NCBI GenBank assembly: GCA_964035545.1
Contig: OZ037771.1
Span: forward strand, 13,515,133 to 13,579,132
Length of the DNA stretch: 64,000 nt
From: Bugula neritina
Lineage: Eukaryota; Animalia; Bryozoa
Direction: 5' to 3'
The notes beneath the pieces are model-generated. The model did not search any database and was not told the origin of the DNA. It saw nothing but the letters and a program-made list of their open reading frames with translations. This document shows positions 23,136-37,145 of this stretch, in pieces (position 1 is the stretch's first letter; every line of letters begins with the position of its first letter). The position numbers and the translations under genes were made by a program.

Positions 23136-25686
23136 ATGGAGTGGTACCTGCTTACTTTTGTGAGTATTTTTATTTAGTTTATTTTATTTTTTCATACACT
23201 CATAGAAAAGTCTGTTTAACAATAATATCGATTTATATGGATTTAGATAGAAAACTTAATTAATCTATAATTTATGAAAAACTGAATTAGCCACCAGAGC
23301 TAAAAATGCTGTTGTTTCTATGTTTTTGCAACACAGGTACTTTAATAAACTATTCCTTGTATCAGTTTAGCTAAAAGTTATATTGAAGCTAGCTAATTTT
23401 AGAAATGAATCTTTTACTATAATATATTGAAAAGCCAGTAAATAGTAGCTGTATTGCTAGGCTTCTTTGGTCATGACTTTGAGGCTTTAAATTTCAAAAT
23501 CATTGAAAATAACTACAACATTTTATTTTTCTAAACTTCAGGCATTGGGAATAATTTTCAGTATTTGATATTTTTAGTGAACATTATACTTAGTGATGCC
23601 GTCCATGTATTATTTAGCACAAATTCAAACTGTACATTATCTTGACTGTATATTGATTCAACAATTATATGCTGTATAGTGTATGCCTTATTTCACTTTT
23701 TGTGCAATATAAATTAAAAAGTGTAATGCAATTTGTTTGTAGCTTAAGATTAGAGGGTAGTGATATTTAAAACCGAAACACACTGATTTTTAATTTATGT
23801 TTCTTATATTTTTGTAGCTTCTATTGGGTTACACAGGTCTGGCAAAGTCTGGTTCCCTCTCAAGGTAAATTTAAATTAATATGTTCTACTTTGGAAAATG
23901 CTTTCATGCACCCTCTTGTGTGTGTATATACCATTTAACATTGTAGGGCTATAGAGCAATGCTTTCGTTTGATGAAATTATTGTATTGATAAATGCTGTA
24001 ATGTTTTACAATATAAACCTCATAGTGAAAGTTGCTCAATCTCCTTCATAAATTATAATCAGTTACGTATTTCAATGCTTTTATAAGGTAAACCTGGTCG
24101 AACAGATAAATTGACACTTTGCCAGCGAATGCCTATTTGATAGACTTTGCTATTAGGTCTCTGGATGTAAAGTTCTCAGCATTTCTTGAAGTAATACACT
24201 TGTCCTACTCTTTTTATTAGTAATAAGTTTTATTCAGAAAGAAAATGTTGAGGTTCATGAAAATCTAATTTTTTACATCATTCAGGGGTTAAACTTAACT
24301 TTTTCAGCAACTCTTGTTTTGCTGTAACTGTAGTTCTATCACATGACATCATGTTATACTTATTCTAAGCATTGAATATTTTCAGTGTTTCGTTCAACAA
24401 AACTAAATTGATCTTCAAAGTATCTGAACTAGTTCACCACTTGGAGTTTGATAAATTCAAAGACGACGGGAGCATTCTCATTGGCACAAAGTCAAGATTC
24501 ATCACTTTCAATAATGATGAACACGAAATTCTACAATCTTTCTCAGTTCCTGGCTTTGTTCAAGTAAACATCACTCATGTAGTGCTAGCAGATGCCACTA
24601 GCTGGTGCCTCAGAATCCTGAACAGAAAGAACAATGTGACATCACCAGTTCTTAAAGGGACTTGTTTCCCTAGCCACACAGGTGTACCTAATTTGTACAA
24701 GCCATGGAAAGTTATAGAAGATATTAGGAATCCAGGAAATCTGTTGGTTACTGACAGGCAGGCAGACCTTCTGATGTCTGTAGATGTGAAGAACGGAGAA
24801 TGGAGTTCTGTAGCTGCACGTGGCTTGCATATGGTTGAATCAATGCAGTGGATGGGACAGCAGCTATTGCTGACCAGCAAATACAATGTGACTCGGCTGA
24901 CTTGGTCTGACGAAGGTGCTGTCAGTGTAGAGATCATTGCTGGTTCAGACAAGTCCGGAGACAAGCTTGGAAAACTGCTTTCTGCTAAGTTTAACCAACT
25001 TGCTGGAATTGGAAAGCTAGAAAAAAACAAGTTCATTCTTGCCGATTCCCTAAACTTCAAAATGAAGCTGATGGACATGGATGAAAACACTGTCGGTCCT
25101 GTTTGTTATGAGAGAGACTTCCCTAAGTATATAAAATGCAAGTGTACAGAGTGGCCTTACTCTTTTCTTAGTGATGGAGACACTCTTTATGTAGGAACAG
25201 ATGAAGGTGTCCAGAAGTTGAGTGGTAAGTTGAACCTGAGATTACCTGCTCTTAAAAATGCAGTTCACTATAAGGTTTAAATATAGTAGAAATAGTTTAA
25301 TGCATACATGTTGATTTTAATGATTAACATTAACTTTAGTACAATAGATTAGCCTCGGATACTAGAATAATATACTTCCAAATGGAGTAATAGGTCAAAT
25401 GTCTACGTTTAGAAAGTAGGTCACTGCCAAAATTTTACTTTTAAAACTTTTTCTATTAAACCAAAATATTTTCTGATTCCAGGTAAAAGTGAAACCTTTT
25501 AAATGTGTCAGCAATGTGTATAAACTGAGCTGGACTGAATATAAGTGTGCTGAATTTATACTGTAGGAAGGAAGTTTTATTTCTGCTAAGATGAACTCTG
25601 AAGGTCAACTCATTCAACTGGTGTTTCACTCTTCCTGTGCTGACGAAACTCTGTCTTATGATGCCGAAACTGACACCTGCTCTTAG
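23136..25686 (+). CDS. NHL cluster gene G4: signal peptide + divergent NHL propeller; 3' end ambiguous (tail exon only)
   Basis: Exons 23136-23159 (MEWYLLTF), 23818-23864, 24386-25224 (donor G|gtaagt). No HYR or Cys-domain exons. A tail-exon homolog (FISAKMNSEGQLIQLVFHSSCADETLSYDAETDTCS*) ends at 25686. Alternative ends are the unspliced stop at 25280 or a short out-of-frame end via the 25566 acceptor. Confidence 0.75.
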
Positions 25687-27050
25687 ACAGAGACTTGGTA
25701 AATTTGAGATAAACTGCAACTGCAACTTAGATACTCTTGTAATAACTGCATTATATCTCTGTGTGAATAGAAACCTATGGTGGCTAAATGTAAATTTCGA
25801 GTAATGCAATTTTAATAATTTTTTACTGATCATTTATAATCGGTAATACAAATAGCTTTTTGAGCATTTGAATTGTTGTTAAAATTGTTACTATTTGGTA
25901 GAAGATAACTAGTTTTCACATAACTTTTTTTTGAAACTTTGTTTTTAACTGCTAACCAAAGAGATGTTAAGTAAAAACAAATAACATAAACTGGCTAATT
26001 CTACATTGCTATATTGTAAAAACTGTTATTTTCCACCAAAAAATGCCTCAGTGTTTAAAAATAAATACTAAATTGATGGCTAGAATAACAATAGGTGCAT
26101 TTCTTATGGTTTTTAACTGCAAATATACTAAAAATTGTTTTGAAACAAATTAGTTAGCAGGTATTTTAATGAAATAATACTAACGTTGTTACTTCAATTA
26201 AAAATGTAAATATTCTTTAGTTTAAGTATTTATAATCACTACCACTATATCATAAATATATCAGATGCCAAATAAAAAAAAGTTATGTAAAAATCTTTTA
26301 TTCAACTAAAAATATTTTCAGTATTCAACTTCAATCACTGAGCTGCTTATTAGAAAGACGTTCTGCTTAAATTTTATTACAAAATTAAACATTTAAATAG
26401 ATAGTATAGTTGCATTATAAACTGCATAAAGTTGAGATGCAATGTAATAGCAATGATGTCTACCTTTGATCAATAATTTTTGTTTTCCGTAAACAATTTT
26501 TAAATATGTGTACCGCTAAAAGTAGGATAACTCCAAGAACGCTATAGGCATTTTATTTATATTAATGGCAAAATTATAGTTAAGAAATATACTATATAGT
26601 TGATGAATTATATATAGCTGCATACCAGCATGTGGCTAGAATAAATTACAAAGTGACAAAAATTCTGCTAGCAAATTATATTTAATTTTGTATTAAATAT
26701 GACAATCACAGCAGTCACATGCTGAGCTTTGAAAATACATGCAGGACTTTACTACGTGCCAAATTAAACTCCTTGAAACAGAAAATGATTTACTGCAAGG
26801 CAATGCTTATCTTAGTTGGAAACTCTATTTCCTAACATTCCACGAGTAGAGAGAAGCAATTGCTTTCTAATATCTTGGAGTGAATTTAGGTGAGTATTTG
26901 GCATTTTTAAAAATTCATAATTAAGGAAAAATATTGAAAAATCTAGCATTCATATACAATACATAATTTGTATTGTATTGTATATATAATGCATCGAATT
27001 TTTTTATGTAGATTTGTTATTCTCACACCACACATCATAATCATTTGGTG

Positions 27051-30000
27051 ATGCAGTGTTATTGGCCGGTAGCTGTAAGTAAAATACATTTTATTCCTAA
27101 GAATATGTTTTGAAATTTGTACTAATTTTATGCTTCACAACTTTCATTTATCTACATAATTGCTATTTAAGAATTATAATGAAAACACTTTGTTTAAATG
27201 CTTGTTTTTTTAATGCTAATTATAGTGGGAGTACCACCATTAAAATAAGAGCTATTGTCACACATATATATTTGCAGTATAAAGCAGCAACGAAGTTAAT
27301 AAGTTGAAAAAATATTTACTTGTTTTTATATTCAAACTAATAGTTTGGACTTTTAAGCTACACAAATAGCTATGTTTTCCTTCCTTTTTGAAACAAAGAA
27401 TAGCTTATGTAAAGTGCTGTTTTAACTTAATCAAAGCTTTTAATAATTTTAACAGCTTTACAAAATTATGTAACTTTGGTGTAAATAAATAGCTGTTCAG
27501 TACATTCTATTTCAATTATTGTAATATTTTAGATCGTAGGCCTTTTCGTTGGCTGTGTAGCTGCTAATGATGAACTTCAACCAAGGTACGATGTTTACTA
27601 TTTTTTCATTTTGAAAAACTACCTACTAGCTGCTAACCATAAGTGAAGCAGTTGTGTTAATAAACTCTATTGTCTTATAATTTAACAACTGACTTGTGGC
27701 TTCTTCACTTTACTGCTTAAGATATTATATGATTTGCCAAGTTCACATTTCCATCTGCTGCTCACAATGGCTTCACCCCAGATAGAAGCTTCCCAGTTAG
27801 ATGGTACTTTTTATTTTGGTACTATTAGCTAATAGAAATTATTTGGTATATTATTTCAATTTTCTCAAATATGTGTAGCTATGGGACATAAAAGCACTAA
27901 TACATTAATAATAGATATTATCTTTAATGAATACTCATTAACAAAATATCTTTTCAAACAAAAAGAAGTATAGATAATGCAAAATAATTGAGTTAATGCA
28001 GAGCAAAGAAATTTATTTATGTGCTAAATTACAAGCAATTGATCCAAGTTTTTTTAAAGATTAATATATTTCAATAATTTTAAAAAAAATTGCACAAAGG
28101 ATATATACTGTACCAAAATAAATAAATAGCGTCTAACTGGGAAGTGTCTATCTAACATGACACCTTCACAACGTCTGTAACAGACTTTAAAGGATTGCTC
28201 TATCTTAGTTTATTACAATCACATTATAATTATGAACTATAATCTAATGTGTATGCAAACAATTGTGACTTTGCAAAGGGATAGATGCCTAGAAAACAGC
28301 TTTTCAAAATTCCAATTTTGAGGGAGGTAAAATTTTCAGTCATGAAAAAGAATAGCCTAATACGTGACGTGTGAACGCCAGTAACTATGCTGCACGTGCT
28401 AACTATAACGCTAGTATTCAATGTTGCTGAGCGCAACATCAACCAATAACGCTCAAGCAGTTACAGTGCGCTATATAGGTCAGCTTTGGTGCGCCTATAA
28501 TATTGCACAATCTGACCTAGTTTAGATCGATCGCAGGCATTCATCCTAAAGAATGCATGTTTTTGCGATGCTTTTTTCTATGCTTACAAGCAAAATATGG
28601 CCTAATGTTATCACATACATGTTATTTAACATGTCAAAAAACTATAGATTGAGATAATTCACATTTGCACTTCTATAAATATACAAATTACGAGCTGAAA
28701 GATCACATCTCACAGTCATATTTCTATAGTTATTCATTTGTATAGTCACGTGACCAGCAGGAATGCTGGCGCTGTTACGTCACAGTTCCCAGCTCATTTC
28801 AAAATCGGCGTTTTGGCTGTTACCAATCTACACCCTCAACTTCAACTAACTTTTTCTACCTTTGGTCAAATGCTTTTTGTCAATGCATGCTTAGAAAAAC
28901 ACAATATTATGTGTGTTTGACCTAAATGGCCATTTATTAGACAAGATAGAGCAATCCTTTAAGGCCTCCTATCTTTTACCAAATACTTCTGGTTTTAGTC
29001 TCTTGTTCAGAAGTTCCACGCTCTTCCTCAACTCCACGCATCAAGTCCTACATATGGAAGTTGATAGGTACAAAAACGATGGAAGCATTCTGATTGGCAG
29101 TTCACAAAATCATCTTCAAACTACCAATGGGCAGACAACCACAACTTTGATAGCTGACCTTTCAGTCTCGGGTTTCACACAAATCAACAGAACTCACCTG
29201 GCAATAGTCGCTCAAATGATTCATTGCATCAAAATATTAAACAGAGACAACATGTTTACACAGACCCTTGCAGGAACATGTGGCACCAATGGTTACGCTG
29301 AAGGCGGGGTGGGAGTAGGACGTCTCTACAATCCGTGGGGAGTAGTCTTAGATATCAGGAACCCAGGTAATCTGTTAGTTACAGATAAACACAACAATGC
29401 ACTGAGGTCTGTAGATCTGAGAACAGGAGAACTGAGTACAGTCATCAATATGGGATTTAATGAGCCAGTAAAGATGCTGTGGGCAAACAGTACTCTGTTG
29501 GTGGTCAACCATCAACACTACATTTCTCAAGTGAGCTGGTTAGGAGATGAACACATTAGCAATAATGTTATAGCTGGTTCAATTATAGAAGGAGACGTGC
29601 TGGGGGGATTTGATGTGGCCAAGTTTAGCTTTCCCTTTGAAATAGAGAGAGTGGGATACAATATGTACATGGTTAGTGACTATGGGAATGAAAAGCTGAA
29701 GTTGTTGGATATGAATAGGCAAACAGTTGGCATAGTCTGTTACAGACGGATAGATGAGAATGAGACAAGCTGTAACCCTCCAGATGAGCCGGTAGCTCTG
29801 CTAAATATTAATAATACAGTCTATGTGGGACCTGATGAAGGACAGATCCATGCATTCAGTGGTGAGTTTTGATATTCTTGCTCTATAATATCGCCAACTA
29901 TCAATAGATGTTTAGGCATGGTAGAAAACCTCAAAAATATTTTACAGCATGATAGAAAACTAGAAAGATATGCGTCAGCATGATATATTCTTGCTATTGT

Positions 30001-31657
30001 TTTTATCATAATAATTAATCAACAAAATTCTACATAATAGCAATCATGATCTGTGTATATGTATAGAAAACATTAAAAAGTTGCAAGTTTCTATTCTTTA
30101 AAAGTTGAAAAATATATTAAATAAACAGTTTTGTATTTATTTAGTGTTTGATTTTTTAGGCACAACGTTTTTACCAGATGTCTGTCCACACAAGAATATC
30201 ACAGCCCTGCTGGCTCTAAATCAAAGCACAGTTAGCGTTTACCTGGGTGAAGGTCAAACAGAAAGTTTCCCAGAAGGTATTCACATGAAATCTGTGCCAT
30301 TTAATTCTCGAAGCTGCACTTACTACGTTATTGTAGAAAGTAAGTATCTAAGTCTATTCTCTAAAAATGTAGACAACATAATATGTACACATAACTTAAA
30401 CGTTTAGGTGATTGTAGTTCTGATACCAAACCTGGTAGTGCAATAACATTTTACTTTTAAATTACAAAAAGCTGATGCGATCCTTACAGCAAAGTCTGTT
30501 ATGGAAGTTGGGCTTTAGACATCATTGTTAAATGCAATTACATTCATATAAAATTTGATTTAAAGCTCATTATTTGAAACTTTACTGAACCGTAGGAGCA
30601 AGGGTAAAAAGAAGACTGTCATTCAAGTCTGAGTTTGATGTCGGCTGTGAGTTGATAGACTATGATAATGATAGCAGACGGAGTCTGAGAACTTCTATTA
30701 TAAGAAGAAAAGATCAGCTACAGAGTATCTGTGAAGAAGGTAGACAACTCTTGACATATATATGAATATCTTAAAGAATCCCTACACTAATTATGACAGA
30801 TGGGGAAATTTTGAGTTTGCTGAATCGATCACATAGCTAGTAGTTTCTTTTTCAAGTTTGTAAAAAAATTCTAAAATATGTTGAAATAAGACTGAATTAT
30901 TTTGTTTAGATTGCATGATGTCATCAACAATGGACCCAATCTTTGACTGTACTAAGGACCATCTCACTGTGTATTGGCCAACAGACAATCTGTACAACAC
31001 AACCTCTCAGTTACCACCAGCTACTATACGTAATAAACTGAAAAGAAAGCTCAGTCAATCAAATGTGATGAAAAACATGGAAATCTTTATCCTTTTTCAT
31101 TCTCCTCCGTAAGTTGAAATTTTTCCTGAAAACTCTTTTAGACCAAGCTTCTTATACCTAACTTGCTTCAGATAATTGATTTCCTTATCCTAATAGAGTC
31201 TAGGAAAACTTCTGGAAAATTACACTTAAAGTTTATTTATTGATGCTAACAGTTTATAAGTGTAGCTGACACTGAAAAAATGGTTTACTCTATTTATTGT
31301 ATACGCTTGTTTGTCATTAAAATATTTGCCTAAGATTTATGGCAATCATACATTATGCATGAATACTGATTGTAAAACCTTTTAATCTTTGATAAAGTTT
31401 TTCCGGCCTTACAAATTTCTTTCTGTATATGCATATTTATGTATATTGCATTAGGCCTATATTATAGTATATTTATTATATATATATATGAGTTATAATT
31501 CTTAAATTTACCGTTTGCTAACATTTTTTTTATTCATATCTCCAGAGCAGTTGCTGCCAACAAGAACTCTAGAGGAGAAAGTGTGGATGTGGTTCTCTAT
31601 TCAACATGTGTGGATCAGACCAAACCTTATAATGTTAGAAGTGATCAGTGCATCTAA
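27051..31657 (+). CDS. NHL cluster gene G5: full architecture, 7 exons, ~524 aa
   Basis: Exons 27051-27074 (MQCYWPVA), 27533-27585, 28999-29861, 30160-30339, 30596-30739, 30910-31108, 31546-31657 are in frame (1575 nt). NHL motif LAGTCGTNGYAEGGVGVGRLYNPWGV. Confidence 0.87.
27780..28150. mobile_element. MITE family M1 copy in G5 intron 2
   Basis: Inverted ends CTTCCCAGTTAGA ... TCTAACTGGGAAG; interior in opposite orientation to the 52-kb copy. Confidence 0.68.
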
Positions 31658-33612
31658 GCTGCCTAACAGTATTATGCTTTCGAAGATATCAATGTATAAT
31701 TTAACCACTATATATAGAGGGCGTGTAACAAATATATTATATATAGAATGCAGTAGCAATTTTTAAAATAATTTTTCTCTACATTTAAGCTAAAATAATA
31801 AATATCCTAGCCATGTTAACCAAACATTTCTCACCACACATGAACTTGAAAAAATATGTTTCACTTATTTTAGACACTTTACCTGATTTCATTTCTTTTG
31901 TGCTGTAATATTGACAATTTTCAGTATATTTTAAATAGCAAGAAGTTTTATTAACATTTAAGGTGCCTATATTTGTTTTAACTTAAGAATGTGAGTTTTT
32001 AGATTTATGCCTTTTATTCTATTTTTAGAAGTTATCTCTACCTTATTTTATTCAATGTAAACCCAATAAATTATTACACCGAGTTATGAAATTGCTCTAA
32101 AAATATTGTATCATCAATGTTAATTTAGCCAAAACCCTTGCATGATTTTATAAACAGTCTGTAACAGTTCTGCCTGTAGTAGTATATTGGTTCCAACGTC
32201 AAACCTCTTTATTGTGAAATCGTTATATGAGTAGGTAAAGATTTTCACAAAAAGGTATGCCTTTGGTAGTATGTAGTACCAACTATATTTTGGGTCTCCC
32301 TAAATAACTACTAGCTTGTCTACATGTAAATGATAAGCAACTGTAGGATGGCTGTACGTCCAAGCATCTGTTGGACTAAGTAAATGAATTGGAGTAACGT
32401 TTTCTAGCTTAAGTTTCAAAAAATTGTATTTTAATACTATAGAAAATTATTTTCACTAAACTGTTTCTAGTAAACTTGATTTTTGAAAGATCTGATAATG
32501 ACCTGATAAATAATGTGATTGTACTTAAAGACCAAGACTCTGCTGTAAACTAGCTTGTCTGCATAAAAAAATAAGCGCAACATATGAGAAACCCTCCATG
32601 TTGGAGCATGCAGCATCCATGTTGGAATATGAAACCTCCATATTGGAACATGTTGTGCCAGGAATGATTTAGTGAGATGGATAGCAACAAGCATGGAGCA
32701 ACAATCTAAATCTTAGAATTCATTGCTTACTTTTTGTCTTGTACTCTATCAAAATATGGTTACATCTTGTACAAAAATACATACTGTACATAAGTAACGT
32801 TCAAATAATATCAACAAAAACAAGAAAACTTCAAAATTATAATGCCACTTACAAACATTGGCTTTTTAGACTGTCTTTCTGGTAAGTGAACTACTAATAC
32901 AAACAAAAATAGCATAACAGAAAGCTAACAAATAGTTGAACAAGCTGCAAAAAAGCTAACATATACTTTCATTCAAATTTTGGCAAACAGCCAGGATTTT
33001 CTCGGTGGCACACATGCGGCCTCCATGTTGGAAAGTTTATTTGTGAGCTAATTGTTAAGCTGTCAAGTATGTCAGACATATTTACCATAAAGATATGTAC
33101 AGTCATAGTAATAAAACAATCATCAATAGTCAATACTCGCATATCATTTAAAAAGAATACAAATGTATAAGTAATAATTTTCTATTATAACCTAGAAAAT
33201 TTTCAACTATGACTATGAAACTAAGAGAGCAATCATATACGTTAGCCACTAAAAGTAATTATATATGTTAGTGAAGTGATAAATAGTACTTTATAGGCAG
33301 ACTTCATGAGAAGCTTTTTGAATTATGTACATTATAGTAGCCATACTGCCTGGTATCACAAGTATGTGAGAAAATATAATTATAAGTTTAGTTTGATAAG
33401 TACTGTAGAGAATTTAAAGTATTGAATGAACCAGTACGCTTGTACTTAATGACATATATTTAATAAAAGGCATTGGTAAAGACCATCTAACCTGTGTGAT
33501 TATGTTATGTAATGTTACAATGTGTATAACTATGTTACGTAACAAAGGTATTTTGATTTATTAGTTACTTTTATTAATTGTCTCAGATGGTTTCAAACTG
33601 AAAGACGTAGCA

Positions 33613-36159
33613 ATGGCTTTCTCCTGGTGGTTTGTGGCTGTAAGTAAAATTTTCTTATTATTCTGTTTATATTTAAAAACCGCAAATGCTAATTTTAAAA
33701 TGATAAATATTGTATAAAATAAAAGAATATTTCTTATTATGTAATAAGTGTGTTTGAAACGAAACATGAGTGAGATAATAAAGAATGAAAAACTAGTTAA
33801 TGAAAAGTCCAACAGCTATTTTAGAGCTAGCTTTGCATATGCTTTTTAAAGGTTTTAAAATAAATTTATTATTTTTCAGATTTTAGCTACTAGTAGCACA
33901 TGGTTTGCATCAAGTGAAGCTATTGCACCAAGGTAAATGAATTTTACATTATTTAGTCTAGCTACTTATTAGTGGAATTATTTTGGTTACTTTATACCAA
34001 GTTGTTTAAAGTATCGCTATGTAAATTTACCATAAAAAAATTATTTCACAAATAAGGCACTATTTAAAAATAGTATTAGGTTTTTTTAGACTTATGAATT
34101 GCTTCACATTATTTTATGGCAGTTAAACACAAGAATATTCAATTTTCAATGTTTATTTCCTATTAGAATTTTATTTAAAGCTTAGAAGTTGTTTCTCTAA
34201 AATTTTTGCCGTTCTTTGGTTAATATTTTGTTATTTATTGCATGAGTCATATTAAATCAAGCTTGCAATATTTAATAAAATATAGAATATAATATATTAT
34301 TTTACAAATTAAAACTGAATCTATTTGATAGCTTTTAAATTTACACTGAAATATTTTTTATACATTTCCTAGAGCTATTTTCATGAACTTAACTTGCATG
34401 TTATATTAATCAATTCACAAGGTTGTGTTTGAATGCTGTTTGTTTAAATATATGCTTTCTTTTTTAATAATTGTATTTATAGTTATTTAATGTATCATTT
34501 TAAGCAAAAACTTCAAAGACGTCCAACTGTTTTTGAACACAAGTCATCCAATTTTTCACATGGAGCTCGACAAGTTTAAAGATGATGGAAGCTTTCTAAT
34601 CAGTTCTAACAAACATCTTCAAACTACAAATGGAAAGGAAACAAGCAACCTCCTGTCATCTTTAATTACAAGCTTTACACAAGAGAGCACAATTCATGTG
34701 TATGTAGTGGATCACTACAGGCATTGTATAAAGAAATTCAACAGGAAGAAGAACAAATCAAGGACCTTAGCTGGAACCTGTGCTACCAGTGGATATGCTG
34801 AAGGAACAGTTGGAGTGGGCCGACTTAATAGACCATGGGGTGTGGTGGTTGATATCAGAAACCCAGGCAAATTACTGGTGACTGATAGAAATAACCACGC
34901 TCTGAGGTCTGTTGATGTGAAGACCGGAGAACTGAGTACTGTGATAAAGTTACATGGCCTTTTCCTTCCTAATAGTCTGGTCTGGTCAGGAAAAGATTTG
35001 CTGGTGACCAACCATTTCAGCATTTCAAGAGTTGACTGGTTGACCACTAACCAAGCTAGGAACACACTTTTGGTTGGTACGGGAACTTCAGGTCACAAGT
35101 TAGGCAGCTTTAATACGGCTCAATTCTCATCTATTATACATATAGCGAAACTGGAGGAAGGAAAGTATCTGGTTGCAGATTATGGCAGCAAAAGGCTGAA
35201 GCTGTTAGATATGGATGAAAAAGTCGTTGGCTTTGTTTGTATTAGAGAATCAGTAACTGAAAGTTGTGATCTTTCTGAGAAGCCCTTGTCTATGCTTAGT
35301 GTAGGAGAGACTCTGTATGTTGGAACAGAAAGAGGAATTTATGAATTGAAAGGTGAGTAAATTTAATCATGGAGCTTAGTGGTAAATTTTATCTGTAATT
35401 CAAAACTTAAACAGTTTTAGCAATATATTATGAGCAATCATTATTGATCTATTATACTGTTTTCTTGAATAAAAAATACGCTAATTTTATAATACAAAAC
35501 CACTAATTTTTCTTAGCACTAGCTATATTTGAAGTTACTGACAGCATTTTAAGTTTAAATCTTCTACGCACTGAAGTTTTGCATGCAGAGTTAGCAAAAT
35601 GTTTGTTACATTCTAATTTTAGAAAATAAAATACGAAAAAGACTGGTATTCAAAGCAGAGTACGATATAGCATGCTATGCAGTGATAGAAAATAGTGCTG
35701 GTAGAAAAGAAAAAATGAAAGAAATAATGCTGAATAGAAGAACACTGCTGCAAGACATCTGTGCTCAGAGTAAGTCCCTAAAAGTGTGCACAACTCCAAT
35801 TTCTGAAATTTAAATTTTTTGAATACAAGCTATCAACTTACTATTGATTAAAATCAAACTTTGAATTTGGCCAGAGATTCTTGAACATCATAAACCTAAT
35901 TGTGATGAAACATATAATTTATCTAGCTATATTATATCTATTTTTAGATTGCACCATGTCCACCACTCTACAACCTTCCTATGAATGTCGCCGTGAATAT
36001 CTTCTGATCCAGTACTGGCCCACAGACACATTTTACCCAGCCAGTATAAAAGAGCCACCTCAGGCCTTATTCCATGAGCTCAAGAATCGTCTCGGCGCAT
36101 CTACTTTGATGAAAGCTCTTGGGGTTTATCCCATCTTGTCAAAGCCTGTCATTGTTTAG
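33613..36159 (+). CDS. NHL cluster gene G6: signal peptide + NHL propeller + Cys domain (no HYR-like exon, no tail), 5 exons, ~428 aa
   Basis: Exons 33613-33639 (MAFSWWFVA), 33880-33932, 34505-35352, 35623-35769, 35948-36159 are in frame (1287 nt). Confidence 0.85.
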
Positions 36160-37145
36160 TCTAAGAAAAATATTTGCATGTGTCTGTAACTTCACTCACT
36201 CAATATAATATGTTATATTATATATATTATATATGGTGATGCAAAAAGATCTTAATTCATGGCTCATTTAAATCTTTCATCAATAAAAGTGAATCACCAC
36301 AGTATAAAACACTAAGCATTTGTGTTTATACAACATTGCATGATTACACTAAAATATATTTAAATTAGTTCTGCTTTAAATATGCCATGCAATTGGAATG
36401 GATGAAAATGAATACTTCAGCATATATATATATATATATATATATAGTAGAACTTTAAAATATTCAATTAAGTTGTCATTTAATTATAATGCCACTATAT
36501 ACTTAACTTTAACAAATTAACTAGGCAATGTGTGCCTCAATTAAACAATTTAAGTATTGTGTTAAAATAAAGCGATATTTAATATTATTCACACAGCAAT
36601 TATGCAAAATACATGGATAAAACCACGGCATGTGTTGTATCTACCAAAAAATACATCATAAACCTTTCTGCTTATCAGTTTAAATGCAAGATGTATAATT
36701 AAAATACAGTTGTTGAAATGTATTTTTGAGGCAAAAGATTTTCTCAGTAGGTATAGCAAATGAACTATAACCTAAAATGGCCAATAGGTGAGAGTTTCAG
36801 CTCAGTGCTTATAGCATTAATATATTATTACATGTTTTTGTTTTCTACATGTACCACACCAACATACTTTATTCATATTAGACAATGAGAGTTTTGTTTA
36901 ACAAATGTAATATTGGATTTGTATTATAATTTCTAGTCTAAACCAGACCAATCTCACAAAAATAATTAACATTATAAAAAATAAATTTGTAAAAACATAG
37001 TTATTAAATTTTTCGACTTTGTAATCTAAGCAGATACGAAACTCGTAATTATAGTAATTTATATATTTAGTTTATATGTTCCTTTAACTCAGAAGAACAA
37101 TATTGTGGGGTAGACTTGCATTAGACTGTTGAAACTGTAGCAACC

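Noticed and set aside
32585-32655. Three ~22-bp CTCCATGTTGGA repeats, with another at ~33020
   Set aside because: Probably part of a decayed transposon; ends could not be defined.
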